DNA of 33,192 nucleotides from positions 144,705,524-144,738,715 of the forward strand of contig NC_068983.1 of assembly GCF_001194135.2 (NCBI RefSeq), written 5' to 3'. Numbering within the stretch: the stretch's first letter is position 1; each line of letters opens with the position of its first letter. Shown one piece after another: positions 21,910-33,192 of this stretch. Under the pieces are notes generated by a model, which was not told the DNA's origin, did not search any database, and saw nothing but the letters and a program-made list of their open reading frames with translations. A program made the position numbers and the translations under genes. This DNA comes from Octopus bimaculoides. Its lineage: Eukaryota.

Positions 21910-23870
21910 ATGTACATTAGCGAACTTCAGAAATTACAATTATTACAGGTAGAGAAAAATATAGATGTTACTGTGCATAAGAAAGCTAATGTATAGGTAA
22001 TAAATCTACTAGGCTCTAAATCTCCTAATAAATAAACATCGGTTCTATTATTATCTCCATGTGTTGTATATGGATTTGTTTCTTCACTTAAGATTGTTAA
22101 GGTGTATATATGAGTTCACAAACACACACGCACGCGCGCGTGTGACCCCTCTCCCTCCCCCACACACATACAGAGATTGAGAGAGAGATTGAGTAAAGTA
22201 TGATAGATAGAATGGTAGAGAGATGCTTGCGTACGCGCGCCCATGTCTATGTGTGTATATGTGTTTATTTGTATTGGTGCTTAGGCTCGCGTGTATAAGT
22301 ATGCGTGCGTGGACATGTTTATATATTTGTTTGAGTATAAACTAATTGATAGGTGAACAATTTCAATATATAAAATCTGAAATGGGTATTTGAGAATATA
22401 GCATATCTTATATGCGGCAGTATTAGAAGTATTAAGATTTCGTGTAGAATATAATAGATTTCAGGTACGTGTGTCTTGAGTCACATAAACATAATTGCTG
22501 CCTTGTGTACATATGGCATTCTTTCATAAATAATCTTTTTGTTTAGATATAGATATATTTATATATATATATATTTTAAAATTACTTTCCCATTGCATAT
22601 GAGGAAGAAAAATGTGTGCATCTCGAGAAGAAAATATACGATATTAATGACAGTTTATTATGGTACACTGAAATCTGATAGAGAAATTCATCTCCTAGCT
22701 TGTGGTTAATTTGTAGTTGCTTGGCATAAATAACATGGTAACTTGCTGAAGTTAAATTTGTTTTGGTTCTCTATCCATTATGGATGAAGCCATGCTCTCA
22801 ACTCATAACAGCCTAAAACACGAGAATTAGAATTTTAGCGCAGCCGTGCAATGACCTAATGGAGTGTGTATATGTGTCACAAGATATTTTCTTAGTATAC
22901 TCTCTGCTTTTGCAGAGGGTAATTCGCATAAACATGCAAATGTCAGTAATGACTGAATATTGACTGCAGCGGTTGCCTGCATCTTCAGACCTTCGTGAGG
23001 ATAGTTTAAATAATATTCAACAAAGAAGGGTCGACTTCATGTAAAGTATAAACACTGATTCCCTGATTACTTGAAGGCAAACAAAATTGGAAAGTTTGTT
23101 ATGTAATATTTAGCTACAAAGTTTTATATATGTTTCGTTAACATTGAGTAGATCTCAATTCTATAGGGAAAACCTTATTATAAGTCGATTACATTGTCAG
23201 ATCTTCAGAGATTGCGTAACTTTCATTAGTAATCTTTAGTATTCATGTTGGACTATCGAAAGTGTTGTTCTATCAACTACTGTATCGACTATATATACCT
23301 ACATACATATACACATATATAAATTTCACACACACTTTTGTGATGAAATATTAACTATTCTCAAATAATTATCACTGTCATATAATAAGTGTTTTCTTCA
23401 CTTTATGGGAAGGAAGTATAGAGTGGAATTTAAAAATAGATAATGTATTAGATATTCTGAACACAGCCAGTTTGTAAGCATAACAGCTGTGAACAGTTGC
23501 AGACGAAAATTACTATCTGAACCGATGATTGAGCAAAAGCACAATTAAAATGTAAAACAACAGAAAGAAAAAAAATATCGAAATGTATTTTGTAGAAAGT
23601 GTATGTATACAATGTATGTGCGCGCGCGTGTGATAGTTCAGTATCCATATAAACTTTCAAACTTTGGTTTCAGAGACGCAATATTTGTATAGTGTTAAAA
23701 TGTAACACTATACAATATGTTATATTATATACTGCATAATATTGTACATATTATTGTTTTATGCGCGCACAAACACATACACAAACACACACACACGTTC
23801 TCTCTTATACACACACACATACATACACACAAACGCTAACTTTTGTATAATGAGTTGATTTTCTATGCAG

Positions 23871-23987
23871 GTGGAAAGTGTCCAGAAAGGAAATACCAAT
23901 GCCAGAGTGGCGAATGTATAGATATATCAAACCAGTGTGATGGAATATGTGATTGTGCCCATACATGCGATGACGAAAACAACTGTG
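23871..23987 (+). CDS. GRL101: internal coding exon, 8-cysteine LDLa module of a GRL101-like GPCR
   Basis: Acceptor TTTTCTATGCAG| and donor |GTAAG at 23988; 117 bp, phase 1/1. Translation (C)GKCPERKYQCQSGECIDISNQCDGICDCAHTCDDENNC is in frame with the exon at 17621-17719. Confidence 0.92.
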
Positions 23988-25256
23988 GTAAGAAAACATA
24001 TATATACGTCACTTGTTTTATTTTGTTTATATCTTCATATCAGTATGAAATAATATTACAAACATTACTTCAAATGACTGCAGGCATTGTGCTATCAACA
24101 GCGGCAACCTCACTTTTCGCATCAACGTTAGTAGTAAAATGTAGGGACTAACAATAAAAGCAAAATGTGTTATGGAAATCAATCAGTTCTGATTTATCTA
24201 CAGACATTTCTATGTAATGCTTCTTTAATATTGCCGTTATTTAACCTAGAATCGTCTTAGGTTGACGTGACAGTCTTCTTTCAGGCATATTATACTCTGC
24301 ACTTTGTAGTAAACTGTGAATATTTTTAAAAATGAGAAATGGCTTACTTGGGTGGAAATTTGGTTACTTCTCTGAGCGTAACGAGCAATCATATCAGTTG
24401 CCACTTTCGTTTACTGAAGCTAAGTACAGCCTTTAGAAAGTTTTCCTGAAAATCTGCTCGCATATACAATGATGGACATAATATATTTTGTGTTTGCCAG
24501 CGTTGTTCTTTCTGTTAGGTAAATGTGGTAGAAATGATTACCTTAGGTACTTTTTATGTATATTTGCATTCTTTTCTGCATTCTGTGTTGTTTGTTACTG
24601 GCAGCATTTTTGTCTCCTGTGTTTACGAGTATGCGAGTTTGTGCGTGTGGTTTGTTATGTTGTTGATTGGGAGAGTTAGTTGAAACTATTTACTAGTTTT
24701 ACAGGATTTATTTATATGGGGAAGGTGTATTCGTACGAAAGTTCAAGAGAGTGGGAGGAGGATGTATTTGATTTATTCAAGTGTATATGTGTAGAATAAA
24801 ATGTTGTGTAATAGGGTCGTATATGTGTAAGATAAACAAATTTGGTGGAAGCATGAATTCTCGAAGTACTCCATACAAAGAATTCCTACCATATTGGAAG
24901 TGTTTTTTTCTACTGCAGTACATAGGTTTAGTAACCTGACAGTTAGTTTGATAGTTAGTGTTTTGTGTTGATTTTAAAGTCGGCGCTGACTGATTTATAT
25001 ATGAGTGGATAACAGAAGAAATGGAAAGACTTCACTAATATTTATGAGAAGAATGTTACGTGATTAAGACTTTTGCTCTTGTAACATTTCTCTATTTTCT
25101 GTGTTAGAATCGCGAATAGTTAGGTCAATGGTTGAGTGTACTGTGATGAACCCATGTAATGACTTGGAGAGTGTATAAGGAGTCTATAAGGTGCATGATT
25201 TTATTTCACTCGAGTTTTTGTTGGACTTCAGAATTGTTTCAGTATTATCCAGCTTC

Positions 25257-25460
25257 GAAGGCAGCGAGGCGAGCCGGGCGAAATGCTTAGCGGTATTTCG
25301 TCTGTCTTTACGTTCTGAGATCAAATTCCGCTGAGGTCGACTTTGTCTTCCATTTTTTCGGGGTCGATAAATTAAGAACCAGTCGCGTACTTGGGTCAAT
25401 CTAATCGACTGGCCCTCACCTCAAAAAGTTCGGGCCTTGTGCCTAGAGTATAGAAAAGAA
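25257..25460 (+). mobile_element. SINE insertion with 14 bp target-site duplication
   Basis: TATTATCCAGCTTC occurs at 25243-25256 and 25461-25474. The body is GGCGAAATGCTTAGCGGTATTTCG..TTCTGAGATCAAATTCCGCTGAGGTCGACTTTG..GGGGTCGATAAATTAAG. Confidence 0.88.
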
Positions 25461-28400
25461 TATTATCCAGCTTCTGTGTAATGTTGCTAGTAAGAGTAAC
25501 TGTAGATATTAGTGAATGTAATGATTCCTCCAAGCACTAGAATGATTAGGTCTGTACTCACCATTTTGTATGGCATCGGGATTTTTTAGATTTTAGATTT
25601 CCCTATTGCATTTTGGATGTTCGATAAAAGGAAAGGCTCAAAACCTTCCTCTAGACGGAATGCATGTTTTCTTCATTTTATATATTGTTTTCTTTCTATG
25701 GTTGGAAGCATGAATCTTTGAAGTACTCCATACGTTTGTATTCAGGCGTTACCTGATTTCAAATATGTATCATTTGTGGGAAGCAGGCACCCAGGAATTT
25801 CGGACTCTGTACACCAAGAAGCCTGTTATCGTGGAAGATGTATGCGAGAGGAAATATGTACAAAGTACAATGACTGAAATCAGAGTTGTATGTTTGTGAA
25901 ACAAACTTCTTAACCTAACAGAATTAGCTCCTTTCTGTCTTAACAGGAAACAAGACTTTCAGGGGAACAGTATGGCAATTCTCTGCTTAGTTTAGCGCCA
26001 CCAGTTCATGGTCATTTGGTGCCTGTCAGTTTACATTTTTTCTCTTATTTCCTGCAGCAATGGACGGATGCGTAAAATCTAGTTATAAGATCATATTAGT
26101 GGTTTATGACTAGGACGTTCAAGAAATAAGTATACGGTCTAGCAACTAAATATTTGGATACTTATTGTCTCGTACAGAATCAATTTCTTACACTGATATC
26201 TAACATAGTAAGATATCTCATCCTGCATCTCTATATACAAGAGAATATGAATATGTAAGTGATATTGTTTATGTTTCTGTCAGGAAGCAGGCAGGGGGCA
26301 TGATTCTTAAACAGGCCCCTGTGACAAGGGGAAGGAATGTAAAGGGATATCCTCAAATTAGACACTTAGCTCGAATGTTTGTAAGATTTCAAGTGGTGGT
26401 TTTAAACTGACCAGCAGATTAAAGTCTCCTACCTAAATAAGCTAAGAATATTAAAGTCGGAACAAATTCCGCAAGGCATCAGTTCCGATGCTTACACAGT
26501 CCGCAAATCCACGACTGACTGTGAGAAACAAAATTGACCTTGTAGGATTCAAAATCGGAGCGCCATATATGTATGTCTATATGCTTGTATGTGCTTATGT
26601 GTGTAAATAAACTTTACTTTCCACACTGATCTATACTCTGAATTCTTGAATTTTGATTTGACCCAGGCGTATTAAAAGAGGTAATGCGAAATTCAGAGTG
26701 AGCATCAAGGAAGATAAACTTTATCTAAACATTTTTTGTCTCATCCCAGTCATATTCTGTAATACAATATCAGTTCACTTAATTGTATACACTGACGCGT
26801 ATCCAGTTTCCATCATATGTACGTATTTGCATCAATGTAAGAAAAGTGTATTTGTGCGTGTATATACACATCTGCGCGCGCGTCTGCTTGTGTACATAAA
26901 CTGATGAAAGGTTAAGAACAAATGTAAAAATTAGCAGTTGAATAAAGTAAATGCTTACAAACATTGTTTATATACATACATACACACACACATGCGCACA
27001 CACACACACGTATATATATGTATATATGTATGTATATATGTGCGTGTGTGTACGTATGTGCATACTCCCACACACATATATACATGTTCATAGATATATA
27101 TTTTTATATATACGTACATATATATATATATATATACATATATAAAAATTCACACATGCATATATGTATGTATATATCTATCTATGTATGCATGTATGTG
27201 TATATATATTCCAACATATTCCGTCGTTTGCTTTGCGATTTCTATACAACATTTCCGTTTTATTTAAATATTTTCTTAAACCATTAAGAAATTGTTTTCA
27301 TATCTACCTTCCATATCTATTTGTAAATAAATAAATACTTTCCTATCTTCGTTTATTTGTCTTTATTTTCTTTATCACTAGAAACATTCATCTATCGATG
27401 TATTTATTTATTCCTTTTGCTGATCTACATATAGATTTTGTTTCTAACTGCGTCCATATGTTTAACTATATCGTTACCTGCCTCTATTTATCGATACATC
27501 GATCTACCTACATAATTTTTTCATTCATATTTCTATAGAGATTTTGCACAGTAGTTATATATTTTTCAACTTATATCGCTATCTGTAGAGCTATCTATAA
27601 AGTAACGTAACTATATATTTCTTTTAGTTATTTACATGTTAATTTTTGTTTTAGTTGTGTTTCTTAATCTGTTTATCTATTTATTATATGTGATTTTTTT
27701 TTGTTTTAATATTTCCTTTGAATTGTCTTTTCGCTTAAATTGTGTCAACAGACATTGTTACTTACAATATACAGTGTTTGTAACATAAAATAGAATATAC
27801 AATGTATCTGGTATAACATTTCTTTTGAAACATTTTCACCTATGTAAAGCAATTGTTATATCCTGTAATATGCAAACTTTGCTCTAAAAAAAAAAATGAT
27901 CGATCAAGCCTCTCTGTGATAGCTAGAAATAACAGCCTAATACACCTCATATCACTCTATACTAAGTAAATTGGTTTTAAACATATTGTGTCCGTAAAAC
28001 AAAACCAAAATGATACGGTCACTGCTTAAATGCTTTTGGTCTATCGCTGGCGTTGTTGTCCTTAATGCTGTATTGAAACATATATCGGTTGTCATTAATT
28101 AAACCAATTATCGAAAGCATTTCAAGTGTGATATTCCGCTGATTTTATTTCAGATAGAATCTAAACTGTTAGGATTGCGTCAGTTTGTGTATTCTTTTTT
28201 TTTTTTTGGAAGTAGGAAACTGATTTGTGAGAGATACGGATGCTAATTTTAGCAGATCGATTTTCCACCCTGCCAATATATGGATTTAGCAGAACATTCT
28301 ATGTTGCAAGCAATTCCATCTTAGAATTACTAGACCTCTCACTAGACCGTGAAAAGCGTCGTGGATGATGCGTTTCCTCCTTCCACTTTCTCATATCTTT

Positions 28401-29666
28401 TAAGTAGAGAAAAAAATTGACAATTGATTTCAATTCACAGATGAAACTACGACATTTTATTTGTCTTCATATTCTTTGGAAATATATGGGCATCATATGA
28501 CGTCTATATCCATTTATTGAAGATATGATATATGTGCATGAATAACTCATGATTGTGAATTACTCGAACTAATAATTCCTTATTTTGGCTTTAAAATTAT
28601 AAACAAAATGAAAAATATGATAACTGGTTATATAAAACCCTATTGTGAAATTTGATGCATAAGTAAATGTTAATATTCAAATAGAATTACTCGTTAATCA
28701 ATCTCATTTTTGCAATGCCACTTAATGTTTTCCGTGGACTTAGGGAGCTGATTGCTACAATGGCAACTATCAATGACGAAAGCTTTACTTCTACTGTTGA
28801 ATCACAAGAAAGCAACATGTTCTGAAGTGTATCCCTTGCTTTCTCGACCATAATGATAATGATAGTTAAATTCAATTGTATCTTCAAATCACCACAATCA
28901 ACCATGCAAATATTATATTGGTTTGAAATCATACCAAAAATAACCAAGCCACTTAAAAATTATATAGTTATAACTGATAATGTACAGCCGCATGATTGAA
29001 ACTGTACGTTTTGAAGAGAAGCTTGTGTCTTTTCTCCTGTAACGCTAAAATTGAAATTATTAGTATGCTAGGCACGACCTATTGTCATAATCTCTGTGAC
29101 TACGTGAGAAAAAAGAAACACTAATGCTATAAGTGCGAAAATGGAAAATGTTTGAAACGTTTATAACCATTGCAGACTAGCATGTTTTGCAGGCATGGCT
29201 GTGTGCTTTCACAGCTATGTGGTTTACGGCTCAATCCTATTGTGCAACCACTTGGACAAGTATTATGTACTATAGCTCTACGTCGACTAAAGCCCAATGA
29301 GTGAAATTCGGTAGGCAGTAGTTGTGTAGGCACCGTCAAAGAGACTGTCTTCATGCGATTTCAAAATCGTTTAAATACTTTGAAGCATTTCAAGGTGGCT
29401 CGAAACGAAATATTTCATAAAATTGATTTTTTTAATACAGTTTACTATATTTTGTAATTTATTGAGTTTATTTTACTTCGGAAATCTTTCAGATGTGCAC
29501 CTGTATTCTAAAAACCCTATAGTGAACATATCCTTGCAGACTTGAGAAATTTTAGTAAGTTTACCGGTTTTCCAGGAAGACCGTGGCATACTCTGAGTTG
29601 TTCTCCTTCTTGAAGATAGGAATTAGAATTTCTCTTAAGTAATTAAAATTATATTGTAAAATAACA

Positions 29667-29704
29667 TTAAAACTCGCTAACAACTTTAAAACTCGCTAAC
29701 AACT
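29667..29704. repeat. perfect 19 bp tandem duplication (TTAAAACTCGCTAACAACT x2)
   Basis: Directly visible at 29667-29685 and 29686-29704. Confidence 0.95.
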
Positions 29705-30879
29705 GCCGATAGGGTTTTACAATCTCTATTCGGCGAAGAAGGAAATTTAAATTGATAGAAAGTTTTATAGTGTACATCTGCATTCAAAAATACTACCCCG
29801 TGATCTATTTGTTTAAATTCATGCCTTTTGCTCACGTCATTTATTTTCCTTAGCCCTATCTACATTCCTAAATTTCATATATAAATATATATTTATATAT
29901 GATTTTACAGATTCCTGGTAAAACGACCCTTCATCAGCTGGTTTTCTAGTTTCGTATTTCGAGCAATTAACAACAATAAAACAGTTGCTCCCGCAAAGCA
30001 AATTGAATAAAATTTTGGGTTTTATTTTCCATTTGTGTCTTTCGTTGTTCGAAAGAATAGTTCATGTTCCATGTACTCGTGCTTCGTACTTTTTTGTTGT
30101 ACACGTTTCTTGATGTCCTGTGCCCATATATGCATATATATATATATATATATATGTATATACAGATATAGGGCAGGGAATTGCCAATTCGTAATAAAAT
30201 TAATAATTGACAATTTTGCCAAGTAGTTCAGTATGAAAAAAAACCTTTATCGGTAAAAACATTTATAATCATAAATATACAGGAGTCAGCATAAGTTGCT
30301 TCACCAACATACTGAAAAATTTAGAAATAGCAGTCAAAGAACTGCTGATTCTAAACTGAGATTATAACTGAGGTGTATAATGTTATAATTTTCTAATATA
30401 GGAATTCTTAAAACTTTTTTATTGTACGCATTTGAAAATTATGTCCGTGATAACATGAAGCTAAAAGATTTCTCTAATACCGTAAAAGCTGTAGCTTATG
30501 GATACAGAATAATTGAAAATATAATTGCAAATCTTCAGTTGATAGCAAATGACACCGGATATACCCAGATGGGACCATCAACAAAGTTTAGACGGGTTTT
30601 AATATCATCATTTTCCGCGAAAAATTATTTGAAGGCTCTGTTGGGATATACAACGTCCATTTGAGTTGAAGTTGTAATTTAGGCACTGCAGCAAATTGTA
30701 ATAACTAAGGATCGAGGGCTACACTTTATTAATTCCCTGTAAAACCTTATTGGCTCAGACCCTTGGAATATTTCGTGATTAGCATATATATAAAAATTTA
30801 TATATTCAAATATACAAATATAAGTAAATATATATATGCATGCACATACATATACATTTATGCATACATATCTATAAAC

Positions 30880-30921
<42 letters not shown>

Positions 30922-31192
30922 ATGTACGTGTGTGTGTATATGTATATATACATATATGTAAATATACATTTGCACAAAGACACGCACACGCCCAAACACA
31001 TGCACACACACACACACTCATATATATATGAGTATATGAGTGAACAAATGTGTGGATGGTGCGCACATCTATAAATCTGTAAAACGCAAACTAAGCACCA
31101 TTGGGAAGGAACGCCATTTTGATTGAATTTTGTCTGGGTGTTATGCAGCATATCATAGACTGGTGTTATGCAACGTATCATAAGAACACACA

Positions 31193-31258
<66 letters not shown>

Positions 31259-31932
31259 TTGCTCAAAAAACTTCCAACTTTGATTTTTCACGCATTATTT
31301 ACAAACTTATAATAATATAATATAAAATAATATAATATAATGGAATGATAGAATATTAAATATCCATTCTGATTGAACTAGTACTTTCATGCATTAAACT
31401 ACGCAATCTTCAGATTCATGTAGGTTTCCGTAGTAGTGGTGGCAGTTATGTTTTACAATTTACAACCGTGGGGAGATGCTTACGCTGTGTGCCTTAAACA
31501 CATATGTATAGGCTCCAGAATGTCAATTTTTGCAAACTGTATTCTGACCAATCAGTGTGTGATTTTACTAAATTACTTGAGTTGATTGGTGTTTGGTTTA
31601 GGCGTCACGGTTTGTTGAACATGACATGAGTCCTGTATTTTGACCCCGGCCAAAGCGGTAATTGTTGGGCTATTTTTAGAAATAATGTAAACAACATTTC
31701 CCAAGGATTTTTGCATTTCAGTTATCATCATCATTATCATCTCCTTTATTATTGTTGTTGTAGGTGGTGGTGGTGGTGGTGGTGGTAGTAGTAGCTGTGG
31801 TAATAGAACTTTAAACCCCAAAATAAGATAATTTTTTACTAACTTTTCTCTTGACTTAGCTAGTATTTTCTTGTTATCATCTGTTGCTGTTAGTGGTAGT
31901 GGTCGTAGCAGTAGAAAAAGTACCTTTAAGTA

Positions 31933-32262
31933 TTATTGTTTATTTAGTTTGGTTTGGAATTTATTAATAAAGTTCTTTTCTCTGATTTTTCTTTCAATTT
32001 CACTTGGACAGTGTAGTTTGTAGAATGGAAATATTATAAATATTTTCCGACCGCATGTTGCTCGATGGTTATTCAAAGGTATCTGACGGACATTTGGGTC
32101 TCTAATTTGCTGCCGGTACACACGTGAACGTTCTGATAGTGCATTTCCAGTCTGACCTACATATAATTCTTCACAATTTGGGCATTTGATGCAGTAACTT
32201 AAATTTCTGCTTTTGCAGTTCATATTTGTATTTGTGAATATTTTTCTGGGTTTTGTGTTCAT
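31933..32262 (-). pseudogene. PLE GIY-YIG endonuclease domain
   Basis: NCKSRNLSYCIKCPNCEELYVGQTG..LSER..EKNFINKFQTKLN. The CxxC between the GIY and YIG halves is typical of PLE endonucleases. Confidence 0.88.
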
Positions 32263-33125
32263 ATATTGGCCGGTATGTATGAATTGGCATGTGCCACATC
32301 GGCCATCATTGCATTTAGATTCAGTAAACGATTGGTGTTTGTTGCTAAGGTTAAACTTTGCTTTGTTAATAATTTTCTCAAGTTTTTAAGCTGTCTTTTA
32401 CTAAGAACAATAGCTCGATCTGTGATTATATCTTTTAATTCATTACTTTTAGCAATGATTGGTAAGTTTTCTTCGGCAATGTTGACGATATTCTGATGAC
32501 ATGGGTTGTGTGTCACTATAAAGGGTACGACTTGTTCCTGTTTTCTTCTTTGCGTTGTTCTTAGCTGTTGCATGGGTATGTGTATGGCCTGCTCTATGCC
32601 ATTTTCTATAAGTAGACACGGGTATTTTTATTTGAGAGCAAAAACTCTCTTAGTTCTGCTAGGCGTTTGTTCGTGATATTTGCATCTTCTACAATGGTAC
32701 AAATTCTTCTGTCTAGGCATTATGGGATGTTGCGTTTGTATGTGGAGGATGGGACGGCTTAAAATTCAGGTATTCATGTATGTCCGTGTGTTTGTAGTAT
32801 ATACCTGTGGTAACGGTGGTGTGCTTTTTAATTACCATTATATCTAGGGATCGTAATTTGTTATTACTCATATCCTTTGTAAATTGGAGAGATAGGTGTA
32901 GGTTGATCAGGAGGATATTGGACTCTTCCAGAGTATTTAGAGATTGTGTCCAGATTATGAAACAATCGTCAAGGTATCTCTTCTATGACTTCTAAACCCA
33001 ATGCTATAGTTTTCCTCTACTTCTTGGTAGAGTTGTTCTTCTAGAAATCCCATTACAGAGTACGCGTAAATGGGAGCAAACAACGTTCCCATCGCCGTGC
33101 CTTTAATTTGGGTGTAATTCTTTAT
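31933..33125 (-). mobile_element. Penelope-like element (PLE-2, Neptune-like): RT C-terminal half plus GIY-YIG endonuclease, frameshifted and 5'-truncated at (TA)n
   Basis: The minus strand reads YTQIKGTAMGTLFAPIYA (motif B), RYLDDCFIIW (~32950-32978), DIMV..IYYKHTDIHEYLNFKPSHP, VPFIVTHNP..SKRQLKNLRKLL, KCNDGRCGTC and then the endonuclease. Confidence 0.92.
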
Positions 33126-33149
33126 ATATTATATAATGTTGTATAACAT

Positions 33150-33150
33150 A

Positions 33151-33192
<42 letters not shown>
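33150..33192. repeat. (TA)n microsatellite at the window end
   Basis: Directly visible. Confidence 0.95.

Larger units (their letters stand above)
17720..23870 (+). other. 6151 bp GT-AG intron
   Basis: GTAAGT...TTTTCTATGCAG. Splicing joins T+GT into the terminal Cys codon (TGT) of the LDLa module, in frame. Confidence 0.85.

Noticed and set aside
25100-25525. Minus-strand TWVH..STIDLTI and ITFTNIY fragments suggest a LINE APE endonuclease
   Set aside because: They need frameshifts, the GDFN motif is missing and the spacing is too short. Not enough evidence to call.
24284-26300. Several strong polypyrimidine-AG acceptors (near 24284, 25946, 26057, 26283)
   Set aside because: The phase-1 frames hit stops quickly and are not LDLa-like. 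Micro-exons cannot be supported without transcript data.
28685-28756. + strand frame NYSLINLIFAMPLNVFRGLRELIA fits an LRR consensus, tempting as a GRL101 LRR exon
   Set aside because: It has no donor GT at the expected LRR exon boundary and a weak acceptor. It would also precede the remaining LDLa exons expected after 23987. Probably chance.
31511-31590. NCILTNQCDF LDLa-like fragment
   Set aside because: C-x5-C spacing, and no preceding or following LDLa cysteines or acidic motif.

Overview
AT-rich, microsatellite-dense eukaryotic genomic DNA from a draft scaffold with five N-gaps. The SINE families look like those I recall from Octopus/coleoid cephalopod genomes (inference, not verified). 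Almost all ORFs in the supplied track are microsatellite artefacts. The real genic signal is two short + strand exons (17621-17719 and 23871-23987) joined by a 6.15 kb GT-AG intron. They splice in frame through a split Cys codon and encode a 4-Cys LDLa module followed by an 8-Cys LDLa module, a pairing I recall from the molluscan LDLa-LRR GPCR GRL101. No flanking exons were found. The rest is a transposon graveyard: a near full-length mariner with TIRs and TA TSD, two different Penelope-like element (PLE) remnants, an RLE-type LINE 3' end, an RTE 3' end and several tRNA-type SINE copies. The most interesting non-coding structures are a ~230 bp-arm inverted repeat inside the intron, a 75 bp-arm hairpin, and several hammerhead-core-like motifs of uncertain status. 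I found no CRISPR array, rRNA or standalone tRNA gene, and no clearly novel multi-gene system.
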